Source of the DNA: Minisyncoccia bacterium
Lineage (GTDB): Bacteria; Patescibacteriota; Minisyncoccia; Phycocordibacterales; Phycocordibacteraceae
Assembly: GCA_049286905.1 (NCBI GenBank)
Contig: JBAQEU010000035.1
Location: 1 to 59,500, forward strand
Direction: 5' to 3'
Length of the DNA: 59,500 nucleotides
Part shown: positions 31,391 to 40,239 of the stretch, one piece after another
How positions within the stretch are numbered: position 1 is the first letter of the stretch
Layout of the letters: each line of letters opens with the position of its first letter
Translations under genes and position numbers: made by a program
The notes under the pieces: model-generated
Database searches by the model: none
Seen by the model: the letters and a program-made list of their open reading frames with translations, nothing else
What the model was told of the DNA's origin: nothing

Positions 31391-31666
31391 TTATTGGCTT
31401 GGTACATCACCCGAACTAGAAAGAACTTTGTTTAGTGGCGCAAAAGGAATCTGCATATTTTCTGGTACATCATGCATACCGTGGCGCCAAAGTGCCCAGA
31501 GCAAGTCTCCCAGCTGTGCGCTTGGAAGCCAGTTCTGATCCTCTTCAAGTCCGTGCTTCATCCCGAGAATTATCCGGTGCACGACATCTGGACGTTTCTC
31601 TGCCAAATGAGCGATTTCCTTACCGAGACTGTACAACTCCTCCCCGTTCTTGCCGATAATATTCAT
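31391..31666 (-). CDS. hypothetical protein (91 aa)
   Basis: SD GGAGGAA before the ATG, with its own terminator. No motif recognised. Confidence 0.5.
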   Translation of the reverse strand: MNIIGKNGEELYSLGKEIAHLAEKRPDVVHRIILGMKHGLEEDQNWLPSAQLGDLLWALWRHGMHDVPENMQIPFAPLNKVLSSSGDVPSQ

Positions 31667-31761
31667 AGTTCCTCCGAAAGTAGTCCAAGAGTATATGTAT
31701 CATCTAGACAGCCTCCCGCCAAGTACCGAAGTCAGACTTCGACACTTGTGAATCCACGTAT

Positions 31762-32733
31762 TTAGTACAAATACTTGCGGAGGTTAGCTTGATGCCCGGG
31801 ATAGGTCGTGGCGTAGTGCATGAGGCCATCATGGCCGGTGAGGTAGTAGAGATAGCTTGTCTTCGCCGGATTTGCGGCGGCGAGGAGAGCATCGAGCCCC
31901 GGGTTGGCTATAGGTCCTGGCGGCAGACCTCGGTGCGTGTACGTATTGTATGGAGAATCGACTTTCAAATCTGCTGGCGAGGGCGAGTACGTCCCTCTGT
32001 TGAAGATATAGCCGAACACGGCGTCAACCTGGAGCGGCATGCCGAGCCGGATGCGATTCCACAAAATGCCAGCGACGAGCCGACGATCCACGTCCGTGCT
32101 TGCTTCCCGTTCAACCAAGGAAGCCATGGTGACGACCTCAGAAATCGAACGTCCTTGCATGTCGACTTCGCGTATCTTGACGTTGAAGTTCGCACGCAGT
32201 GTCTCGACTATCGAAGCGGCATCTGCCGAGGGTTCAAAGAAATACGTGTCGGGGAAAAGATACCCTTCCTGCCCTTGTGCCGCGTCACGAACGTCGTCTG
32301 CAGATATATCTGGGAATGCATCTGCCACACGATCAGCGATTTCACGAATGGTCATACCTTCGAAGAAGGTGATGCGTACGGGCGGCAGTCCATAGTCGCC
32401 GACAACGAGCCGGTACGCGACCACGAGCATGCTTTCCGGCACCGCGAATTTATATGCACCAGTCTGCACCGCATCGCTCGTCCCCGACAAGCGTAATACG
32501 GCACGCAAGAACACAGGATGCCTGATCACCCGCGCGTCTGTAAGCTGTTGTGCAATTTCCGGCACCGCAGAGCCGCGCGCGACGCGCACGATAGTGCCCG
32601 GAGAGAAGTCGGCAGGAGGCGCAAACGCGTACAGGTAACCCCCAAGAATCACGAGCACCGATGCAACCATGATGACTCCCCGATGCGCACACGCCGAACG
32701 GACTACCTGGAGATAGTGAGTGAGAAAGTCCAT
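31762..32733 (-). CDS. mltG: endolytic murein transglycosylase MltG (YceG-like)
   Basis: 323 aa with an N-terminal TM, ASLVEREA, and YNTYTHRGLPPGPIANPG. Confidence 0.9.
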   Translation of the reverse strand: MDFLTHYLQVVRSACAHRGVIMVASVLVILGGYLYAFAPPADFSPGTIVRVARGSAVPEIAQQLTDARVIRHPVFLRAVLRLSGTSDAVQTGAYKFAVPESMLVVAYRLVVGDYGLPPVRITFFEGMTIREIADRVADAFPDISADDVRDAAQGQEGYLFPDTYFFEPSADAASIVETLRANFNVKIREVDMQGRSISEVVTMASLVEREASTDVDRRLVAGILWNRIRLGMPLQVDAVFGYIFNRGTYSPSPADLKVDSPYNTYTHRGLPPGPIANPGLDALLAAANPAKTSYLYYLTGHDGLMHYATTYPGHQANLRKYLY

Positions 32734-32739
32734 GCGAGC

Positions 32740-34098
32740 TTAGGTCGGCAGGTTAGCCGGAGCTTCGCCGGTAGCTGACTGGATACGTCCGAGGCTCGGT
32801 GTCTCGATTGACGCTGAAGGAATGTGGTAGATCGTCGCGAGCTCTTCGGTGCTCATCACCATAATCTCGTCGCGCGAGATGCCGAAGCCGAACGGTTCAA
32901 AGAAGAATTGTCGACGACGAAAAGCCTGCACGAGCTCTCTGCGATAATGATTCTTCAGCTTCTCCGGACGGAACTCCCATGGGTAATCGTCGAAGCGCTT
33001 CAGCCAGCCAGCTGAGTTTATGTCATTCCACCCTTCAGTATTGAACGGTTTGAAGAGCGCAATCATGTGGGTAATCATAATTGGGTCGAACGCCTCCTTC
33101 TTAGCGAAGTAAATGCATCGCCCACCCACGTCGAACGCGAGCTTTGATACGTTGCGCTCTATAGCTGACATCATTTCCATCTGCCCTTTGGTCGGATTCG
33201 GGAAGCCAGGCATTTCTTTACCCGTGATCGGGTCGACATAGGAGCTCCGCGTTTCCTTACGGATTGTCTCAACCATTTCTTTCGCCTCGTCTTTCCAGGT
33301 ATAGCCCTTCCCGTGCTCTTTCAGATACTTCTCACCTTTGTGCACGCGGAAGACGAACTGGAGCCACAAATATTCGCCCTTACCTATCGAAGCCATGTAT
33401 TCGATGACGTTCGCGAGCGGGTCGATCTGCTCGGGTTCTTTCTGCACTTTGTCGAGTCCGTACTCCACGTAGGTTTTGATGGGAAGTGGGTCAGGTTTTG
33501 ACTGTTTGTAGTCACAGCCCCAGATGTCCCACTCCTCGGGCTTGCCCGAAATGAATCGCGTGTAATCAGGAGCCTCGACTATCTGCACGCCCGGATACTG
33601 CGCATAGAGCTGAGACTCGATGATACGGCGATAGTTGTCGTCGCGGCTCCATATGAAGAAATGCACCTGTCCCTCAAATGAAGCAATCTCAAGCGACCAC
33701 CACGGCCGCATGCGGCCCAGCCAGCGTGCATACCAATTCGACTCGCCGGGGGAGAAATGCATGCTTGAGAGAAACGCTTCCATCGCGAGCGGCGTCTTCA
33801 CGAGGTTCCGTGGCGGTTTAATTTCGAGAAGGATGTTCTTGCGAGTGGAAATGAACTCTGACTGTTTCAAGATAAGACGAATGCTGAGCGCTCCGCCGAC
33901 GAGGAGGATGGGCAACCATACCGGTGCCATGAAGAGCGTGAGTGAGAGCGCAAATGACACAACGCTCGGCATAAACATGAACGCGATGATGAAAAACGCG
34001 AGGCCGAGTATAAAAAGCACCCATGAATGAAGCCGCACGCCGAAGTTGTTTTTCAGGAATTCTGCGAAGCCTTCGACTGTGTGAGCGAATGGGAGCAT
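32740..34098 (-). CDS. membrane protein with a large soluble C-terminal domain, unknown function
   Basis: Two or three N-terminal TMs. Start placed at ATG 34098 (MLPFAH), 11 nt after TATACT. The track ORF begins at GTG 34158. Confidence 0.6.
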   Translation of the reverse strand: MLPFAHTVEGFAEFLKNNFGVRLHSWVLFILGLAFFIIAFMFMPSVVSFALSLTLFMAPVWLPILLVGGALSIRLILKQSEFISTRKNILLEIKPPRNLVKTPLAMEAFLSSMHFSPGESNWYARWLGRMRPWWSLEIASFEGQVHFFIWSRDDNYRRIIESQLYAQYPGVQIVEAPDYTRFISGKPEEWDIWGCDYKQSKPDPLPIKTYVEYGLDKVQKEPEQIDPLANVIEYMASIGKGEYLWLQFVFRVHKGEKYLKEHGKGYTWKDEAKEMVETIRKETRSSYVDPITGKEMPGFPNPTKGQMEMMSAIERNVSKLAFDVGGRCIYFAKKEAFDPIMITHMIALFKPFNTEGWNDINSAGWLKRFDDYPWEFRPEKLKNHYRRELVQAFRRRQFFFEPFGFGISRDEIMVMSTEELATIYHIPSASIETPSLGRIQSATGEAPANLPT

Positions 34099-34184
34099 AC
34101 GATAGAGAAAGTATACCCCGTGAGATAGCAATTCGTCATCACTATCTACAACGAACACAGGAGTATCTCACGGGGTATAGCAAT

Positions 34185-34220
34185 AAAAACGGGCGACACC
34201 GTGGGGTGTCGCCCGTTTTT
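34185..34220 (-). terminator. intrinsic terminator after the HTH gene
   Basis: GGGCGACACC-gtg-GGGTGTCGCCC stem flanked by A and T runs. Confidence 0.75.
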
Positions 34221-34244
34221 CTGTGTATTGCTTTACTGCAAAGC

Positions 34245-35333
34245 TTAGACTGCCGAGTAGCGGCCGTCTTTCATCCGCTTGAAATAGCGGGAGTCGTTCA
34301 GATTCACCAGGATGGTGTTGTCTTTGACGAAACGTGCAGTCTTCACCTGCTTGATGATTTCTTCTTTCTTCATAGGGCCCTTCTCCTCAAGCGTCTCGCG
34401 AATGACATCGCGCACAACGCCCGGCTTGTAGCCCCACTCAGTAAGCGCGTAGAGGCCGCGACCCACGAGTACGAAACGCGGATCCTTGATGAGCTCGTTG
34501 TGGGTGGTCGCGACGTGCGCCTTCTTGGTGAAGAGCGTGCCGATAGCTTTCGCAACTGCCGAGAAGTGCATTGGCTCGCCATAGCGCTTGATAGCGAGGT
34601 ACGCGTAATCGCGGATGCCTTTGATACGGATAGCCGGCGCGGTAGCACGACCCCACTCGGTGAGCGGGTTACTGCCGATATGCTTCGACAGCGAGAGCCA
34701 ACGCTTGAGAACTTCTTCGTTCTTGTACGCATCGTTCACACCCTTGAGCTCGTCGAGGAATCGGTCGAGCAGGTCGGCTTCAGACACAACGTCTTCGTCA
34801 GGAAGCGAGGAGTAGAGGCGCGAAAGAGCGTCATGGATGTTTTTCGCAGTTGATACGTCGACGTGCCAGCGTGCGAGGAAGTCGTTCGTCTCGCGTTCAC
34901 GGAAAAATGCTGAATCGAGCACGAGGAGGAAACGGAAGCGGTTGCGAGCCTTCTCGTCTTTGCCGAGAACTGCGAGAAGCTCGTCTTCAGGGACGATTGC
35001 TCCGATTGAGCTGATGAAGTCAGCCAGCTCCTCGAAGGCACCTTTGTTCTCCTTGAATGCGGCACTTGCGCGCACTGCGTCGAGTCCGGCGGCTTCGATT
35101 TGGCGGACGCGCTCACGGGTGATGCTCGAACGATCGCCGATAGCCTCGAGCGTCTCGCGCGCCGAAGCGGTACCGAGGCCGAAACGGCGAGTAAGGACTT
35201 CGCGGGCGCGCTCTGGCGCCGCCGCAAGGAGGCGCTTTACGAGGACGGCACTGTCGAATGAAAACGAAGCGGCACCAGCCGCCTTTCCTGAGGTAGTCTT
35301 CTTTTTCGCCCCGGTCTTTGTGCCCTTGTTCAT
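34245..35333 (-). CDS. sigma-70 region-4-like + HARE-HTH-like DNA-binding protein
   Basis: 362 aa. TLEAIGDRSSITRERVRQIEAAGL is an r4.2-type HTH. C-terminal DYAYLAIKRYGEPMHFSAVAKAI...LVGRGLYALTEWGY resembles the HARE-HTH of RNAP delta-like proteins. Confidence 0.6.
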   Translation of the reverse strand: MNKGTKTGAKKKTTSGKAAGAASFSFDSAVLVKRLLAAAPERAREVLTRRFGLGTASARETLEAIGDRSSITRERVRQIEAAGLDAVRASAAFKENKGAFEELADFISSIGAIVPEDELLAVLGKDEKARNRFRFLLVLDSAFFRERETNDFLARWHVDVSTAKNIHDALSRLYSSLPDEDVVSEADLLDRFLDELKGVNDAYKNEEVLKRWLSLSKHIGSNPLTEWGRATAPAIRIKGIRDYAYLAIKRYGEPMHFSAVAKAIGTLFTKKAHVATTHNELIKDPRFVLVGRGLYALTEWGYKPGVVRDVIRETLEEKGPMKKEEIIKQVKTARFVKDNTILVNLNDSRYFKRMKDGRYSAV

Positions 35334-35380
35334 GTGGTTTAGTTTATAACAAATGCCTTGTAAATAGTCAATAGACGCTA

Positions 35381-38300
35381 TTATACCACAAGATTCAGAA
35401 TCTTGCCCGGTACGTAGATGACCCGTTTTGGCTCATTCCCGCCCATGGCCGCAACGACAGCCGAGAGCGCCCGCGCCGCCGTGATAGCCGTCTCTTCTGA
35501 GGCATCGACTGGAATCGTAATCGACCCGCGGCGCTTGCCGTTCACTTGTACCGTAACTTCTTGCTCAGCAGAAACCACGAACACGGTCTCCGGCCAGGAC
35601 TGTGCGTGCACACTTCCCTCTCCGCCGAGCTTCTCCCAGAGGTGCTCGGCCAGGTGCGGTGCAAACGGTGCAAGCATAATGACAAGAGACGAGAGCGCCT
35701 GAAGAGACACTTCTTCTGCGGCCTCGAGATCGTTCATAAGTATCATGAGTGCCGCCACTCCGGTGTTGAACTTGAACCGGTCGCCATCCTCGGCTATCTT
35801 CGCGCTCGCCCGAGCGATGGATTGCTGTATCTTCTCTGACACTCCATTTGATGGTTCGAGCGCTACATTCGCGGAATGCTTCGTAGCGAGGCGAGAGACG
35901 CGGTCGAGGAACTTATACATCGAGGCGACGCCGTCGAGATTCCACGGATAGCTTCCCGGCTCGTTATAGGGGCCGATGAAGGCCAGATAGAGACGCACCG
36001 CATCGGCACCGTATTTCTGCACGAACTCGTCGGGATTCACGACATTCCCCTTCGACTTGCTCATCTTCGTGCCGTCAGGACCCATGATGAGACCGCGGTT
36101 GAAGCGCTCAGTGAACGGCTCGTCTACCGGCACGAGCGCGAGGTCGTAGAGCGCTTTCATGAAGAATCGCGCATAGAGGAGGTGCATGGTCGTGTGCTCG
36201 CTCCCGCCCGAGTAACGGTTAATCGGCAACCACTTCTTCATGAGCGCCGCATCGGAGAACTTATGTGCGTCCTTCGGATCGAGGTAGCGGAGGAAGTACC
36301 ACGATGAATCAACAAACGTGTCGAACGTATCGTATTCCGGCGTCCAACCCTCGCCAAAGATACGCGTTACACGCTCGCGAAGCTCTTCAGAGGACGCGAG
36401 CGGTGCCTTCCCTGTCGGAGTGAAGTCAACATCGGTCGGCAAGACCCACGGCAAGTGTTCCGCAGGAACCGTATGCGGATGCCCTTCTGGGTCGTACACA
36501 ATCGGTATCGGGCAACCCCAATACCGCTGGCGGCTTATGAGCCAATCGCGGATGCGATACTGCGTCGTCTTCTCACCACCCACGCTTGCGACGATGTCCC
36601 ACTTCGCCTCAAGATTTCCTCTGCCGGTAAACTCACCTGAGTTCGCAAGGACTCCATCACCTGTGTAGATATCGTTTTCAAACAGCGCGACGACTGTCTG
36701 GTGGGATAGAGGGGTCAGGAACTTCTTGAGTTCGGCGAGCGAGAGCCACTTGAGCACATGCTTCTTCTCCTCGTCTGGAGCGACCTCAGTATGATCGCCA
36801 TCCTGAAGCTCCACATAGAAGGCCGGCGCATGCCCGAAGCGATTAGCGTTTTTCGGTACATGAAAATATTTCCCGTGCACGGAACCGAGTGACCTCACGA
36901 TACGCGCATGAGTGTATCCGGTCTCTTCGGTAATCTCCTTCAGAGCGGTCGCCTCAGGAGTCATCCCCTCGTCGATACTCCCGGTGAGCAGCGTTCCCCA
37001 ATCAGGAGCATCATTCCACCCGAGCGCCAGATATTTCTCTTCTGACCAGTGCTTGAGAAGGACTATCACGCCACTATGATCGACATAGGGCTCGTCCGCC
37101 TTGAAAGCGGATGAACCGACAGTCTGTACGAGAGAAGGCTCGATGACTCGCCGGATAGGAAGATTATATTTCCTCGCGAACTCATAGTCGCGCTCGTCGT
37201 GCGCAGGGACAGCCATGAGCGAGCCGGTGCCGTACGAAGCGAGGACGAAGTCGGCGACGAAAGCGGGTATCTCTTCTTTGGTCGCAGGGTTCACCACCCT
37301 GACACCATCAAGCTTCACGCCGGTCTTCTCTTTGTTCTCGCTGCGCTCACGTTCGGTCTTCTTGGTCGTCGCAGTGATATAGTCCTGCACTTCTTTCTTA
37401 TTTGAAACAGAGTCGAGGAGTACCGCGACAAGCGGGTGCTCCGGTGCGAGGACTACGCAAGTCGCACCAAAGACCGTATCAGGTCGCGTGGTAAAGACTT
37501 TTACTTTCTCGTCGTGACCAGAGATAGACATGTCGAGATTCTCCAAAACGTCAGGTTCTTCTTTCCCGGTATAATGTTCTCTCTTGGATGTTCCTGTGAC
37601 AAGTCTGGCGTCGAGGTTCGCGGCCATCTTTTCCAAGTAGACAATCCGACTCTCCTCCTTGAGATCTGAAAGTATGAGACGTTTAGATGCCAGCTTTCTT
37701 AGTGCTTCAAAATCAAATTTCCATGAGAATGTGGTGTGGAAATTTTTATCTTCATCGCTATGCTCTGGATCTTTTGCGGCGGCAACAAGTATAAGTTCGC
37801 GAATAGGCTTACCGTGCTTTATCAGTGCTTTCATCGCCACTATCGCGCCTAGGCTGTGCCCAATGAGGACAGTGTTTTCATCCATTCGACAATTTTCTAG
37901 CACATAGGCGACTTGATCCTTTTCTGTCGGGCTGTTGGTATCCGGCAGTTGTGGTGCCTGTACCTCATATCCTTTGCTCTCCAATATTTCTTTAAGCCAT
38001 GGGATGAAGTTTTTGTCAGCACGGCCAGTCCAGCCATGCAAAATTATGAAGTTAGGTTTTCCTTTTTGCACAATCGGGAACTCGAGGTGCGCGCCTTCGC
38101 TTTTGCCGATCCACGCCCGTTGAGCCTCTTTTATCTCCTCGCGCCACGGGAGCGCGTTCAGTCCATCGAGCAATCGCTCCGCATAGTCAGTAATCTTGAA
38201 GAACCATTGGGTGAGTCGCTTCTCCTCTATCGCCGTGCCGCACCGCTCACAGCAGCCGTCGATGACCTGCTCGTTAGCGAGCACGGTCTGGTCTTTGGGA

Positions 38301-38773
38301 CACCACTTCACTGCCGCCTCGCGGCGCTCGGCGAGCTTGTGCTCGAAGAGCTTCGTGAAGAGCCATTGCGTCCACTGATAGTAGTCGGCATCGCACGCGA
38401 CGACTTCTTTGCTCCAGTCGAATGACGCACCCATGCTCTTCAGCTGGCCGCGCATGCGCTCGATATTCTTATAGGTCCACTCTTTCGGGTCGACGCCGTT
38501 CTTGATAGCCGCGTTCTCAGCTGGAAGACCGAACGCGTCGAACCCTATCGGGAAGAGCACGTTCTTCCCGCGCATGCGGAGCAGACGCGCATAGATGTCG
38601 GTCACCGCAAAGGCGTACCAGTGGCCGATGTGGAGATCGCCGGACGGGTACGGGAACTCGACGAGGAGGTAATACGGGTCTTTCGACTCGTCCGAGAGGT
38701 CTGCGCGGTAGAGATCGAGCCCTGACCACTTCTCCTGAGCCTTCTTCTCTATGTCGCGATGATCGTATGCCAT
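35381..38773 (-). CDS. leuS: leucyl-tRNA synthetase with two large inserted domains (alpha/beta hydrolase-like and Nudix-like)
   Basis: HIGH (DLHIGH), the editing TTRPDT and AVPAHDERDYEFA motifs, RDWLISRQRYWG, and KMSKS are all present. At 1,130 aa from ATG 38773 it is far longer than typical LeuRS. The extra segments are at about 37514..38071 (ILHGW...GHSLG) and 36674..37138 (Nudix box GSIDEGMTPEATALKEITEETGY). Confidence 0.93.
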   Translation of the reverse strand: MAYDHRDIEKKAQEKWSGLDLYRADLSDESKDPYYLLVEFPYPSGDLHIGHWYAFAVTDIYARLLRMRGKNVLFPIGFDAFGLPAENAAIKNGVDPKEWTYKNIERMRGQLKSMGASFDWSKEVVACDADYYQWTQWLFTKLFEHKLAERREAAVKWCPKDQTVLANEQVIDGCCERCGTAIEEKRLTQWFFKITDYAERLLDGLNALPWREEIKEAQRAWIGKSEGAHLEFPIVQKGKPNFIILHGWTGRADKNFIPWLKEILESKGYEVQAPQLPDTNSPTEKDQVAYVLENCRMDENTVLIGHSLGAIVAMKALIKHGKPIRELILVAAAKDPEHSDEDKNFHTTFSWKFDFEALRKLASKRLILSDLKEESRIVYLEKMAANLDARLVTGTSKREHYTGKEEPDVLENLDMSISGHDEKVKVFTTRPDTVFGATCVVLAPEHPLVAVLLDSVSNKKEVQDYITATTKKTERERSENKEKTGVKLDGVRVVNPATKEEIPAFVADFVLASYGTGSLMAVPAHDERDYEFARKYNLPIRRVIEPSLVQTVGSSAFKADEPYVDHSGVIVLLKHWSEEKYLALGWNDAPDWGTLLTGSIDEGMTPEATALKEITEETGYTHARIVRSLGSVHGKYFHVPKNANRFGHAPAFYVELQDGDHTEVAPDEEKKHVLKWLSLAELKKFLTPLSHQTVVALFENDIYTGDGVLANSGEFTGRGNLEAKWDIVASVGGEKTTQYRIRDWLISRQRYWGCPIPIVYDPEGHPHTVPAEHLPWVLPTDVDFTPTGKAPLASSEELRERVTRIFGEGWTPEYDTFDTFVDSSWYFLRYLDPKDAHKFSDAALMKKWLPINRYSGGSEHTTMHLLYARFFMKALYDLALVPVDEPFTERFNRGLIMGPDGTKMSKSKGNVVNPDEFVQKYGADAVRLYLAFIGPYNEPGSYPWNLDGVASMYKFLDRVSRLATKHSANVALEPSNGVSEKIQQSIARASAKIAEDGDRFKFNTGVAALMILMNDLEAAEEVSLQALSSLVIMLAPFAPHLAEHLWEKLGGEGSVHAQSWPETVFVVSAEQEVTVQVNGKRRGSITIPVDASEETAITAARALSAVVAAMGGNEPKRVIYVPGKILNLVV

Positions 38774-38783
38774 GGAACGAACC

Positions 38784-39728
38784 TTACTGTATCGGGCGGT
38801 AGAAGTCAGGGTCGATAGTGCGATCGAAGCACACCTGCCCTGCCCCATGCTGCCAGTTATCCGGCAATCTGCCCTTGCCGCCCATCGGCGAAGCAGAAAT
38901 GGTTTCGCTATAGACGTTTCGGCTCACGCGACTCTCCGCATTGAACTCTGCACAGAGCTTGAACGAGAGGTCGCTCGTCGCCTCGTAGCTGTACGATTTG
39001 CCCGACTCTGCGTCTACCGGGAGCGGACCATACGAGAGAGAGTCGTTGAGGTCGGTAAGCGCTTCAGGCAGTTTCTGCTTCGCCTGCCAGTAGCTCACGA
39101 CCTGCGACTGTATGACCTGGAGATCGTTCACTTTCTGAGAATCGAAGCGTGCGCGACGCGCATCGGCCGGTGTACCGACAATGAAGAACCCAGCGACAAT
39201 CGTCCCGACCGCGAGGACGACGACCCCTGCGCTCACTGCGCGCTTACGGAGTGGGAACAGCTCCCAGTATCCCTTGAGATCAGCTATGAAGTGCATGAAC
39301 ACCCCCGCCGCCACGAGAAGGATGATGAGCACCTTCAGAAGGAAGGCTGTCGTAAGCTCTTCGCCATTGAGGAAGGTAGTGAGAAGCGTAATCAAGTCTA
39401 CGGCTATCGCGACCCCTGCGACGAAGAGCGTCAGGATGAGCGCCCAGCGACGGACCCAGATCTCTTTGCGGGAAGCATCGCGTGCGATATCGCCGCGAAT
39501 GAGCTTCATGAGGAACATGTAGAGCGGGAGGAGGACGATGATAGACGCCATCTCATAGCTGATGCCGCCCTGGTACGGATCTATCGGATAATAGGAAAGA
39601 GGATTAGGGAATACGAAGTTAATGTAATCGAACGTAAGGAGGATGAATGCGATGACACTCCAATAAAAAGTCACTACCGCCCCCGCCCACAAGAAGAAAT
39701 CTTTCGGTGTTGTCTTGGGTTTGTCCAT
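38784..39728 (-). CDS. polytopic membrane protein (DUF5671-like N-terminus, pseudopilin-like C-terminal segment)
   Basis: 314 aa with about five TMs. C-terminal ARRARFDSQKVNDLQVIQSQVVSYWQAKQKLPEAL resembles the core helix region of type IV pilin-like proteins. Family assignment is from memory only. Confidence 0.6.
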   Translation of the reverse strand: MDKPKTTPKDFFLWAGAVVTFYWSVIAFILLTFDYINFVFPNPLSYYPIDPYQGGISYEMASIIVLLPLYMFLMKLIRGDIARDASRKEIWVRRWALILTLFVAGVAIAVDLITLLTTFLNGEELTTAFLLKVLIILLVAAGVFMHFIADLKGYWELFPLRKRAVSAGVVVLAVGTIVAGFFIVGTPADARRARFDSQKVNDLQVIQSQVVSYWQAKQKLPEALTDLNDSLSYGPLPVDAESGKSYSYEATSDLSFKLCAEFNAESRVSRNVYSETISASPMGGKGRLPDNWQHGAGQVCFDRTIDPDFYRPIQ

Positions 39729-39736
39729 AGACGCGC

Positions 39737-39745
39737 ATTATACCA
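39737..39745 (-). promoter_or_regulatory. extended -10 TGGTATAAT, 8 nt upstream of ATG 39728
   Basis: The minus strand reads TGGTATAATgcgcgtctATG. Confidence 0.5.
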
Positions 39746-39750
39746 CGCAA

Positions 39751-39792
39751 AATAAAAAGGCCGCATCTCTTCCCGGAGGAAGTGATGCGGCC
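39751..39792 (-). terminator. intrinsic terminator after the 114-aa gene
   Basis: GGCCGCATC-loop-GATGCGGCC stem plus a T-run on the minus strand. Confidence 0.65.
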
Positions 39793-39812
39793 CTTGCGGA
39801 GCGCGGAGGCGG

Positions 39813-40157
39813 TCAGTCGATGACCGGGTCGAGGCGCTCAATCCGGCTCAGGAACGAAATTGTCTCGTACGCTGAACCGCTTGCACACTCAATGGGTTCC
39901 GCGAGATTGAAGAGCGCGGACACGGTGTACTCGCCGAGGTACCGATTCATTCTGTTCCCTTTCCCGCACCGTACGACATGTGCAAGTTTTTCCTTCGGGT
40001 CAACGATTTCGAAAATGTACTTCTGACCTTCGCGCGTAGTAACGCGGATACGCATCCCCGGCATCTGAAGGGGAATCATCAGGTTGTTTACGGGCACACC
40101 CTTGAAGCTGAGCAACTGGGCAAGACCTGTGGAGTTCAAATCTGCAACGGAAGACAT
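39813..40157 (-). CDS. hypothetical protein (114 aa)
   Basis: The track ORF starts with TTG at 40190. ATG 40157 (MSSVADL) lies 4 nt after SD GGAGAAG. Confidence 0.5.
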   Translation of the reverse strand: MSSVADLNSTGLAQLLSFKGVPVNNLMIPLQMPGMRIRVTTREGQKYIFEIVDPKEKLAHVVRCGKGNRMNRYLGEYTVSALFNLAEPIECASGSAYETISFLSRIERLDPVID

Positions 40158-40239
40158 AGCACTTCTCCGGTTAGTTGGGACGACCTGCAAGATATGCAGG
40201 AACTTCTGAAGAAATACTACTCTGTATGAGAAAAATCGG

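Noticed and set aside
38774-38848. N-terminal extensions offered by the ORF track. Examples: leuS from 38848; dnaJ from 5857; ABC exporter from 3606; membrane protein from 4260; alaS from 22307; giant gene from 56649; lipoprotein from 49730.
   Set aside because: The extensions lack homology to the family N-termini, run through terminators or neighbouring genes, and ignore internal ATGs that have a -10 or SD signal and match the canonical protein starts.
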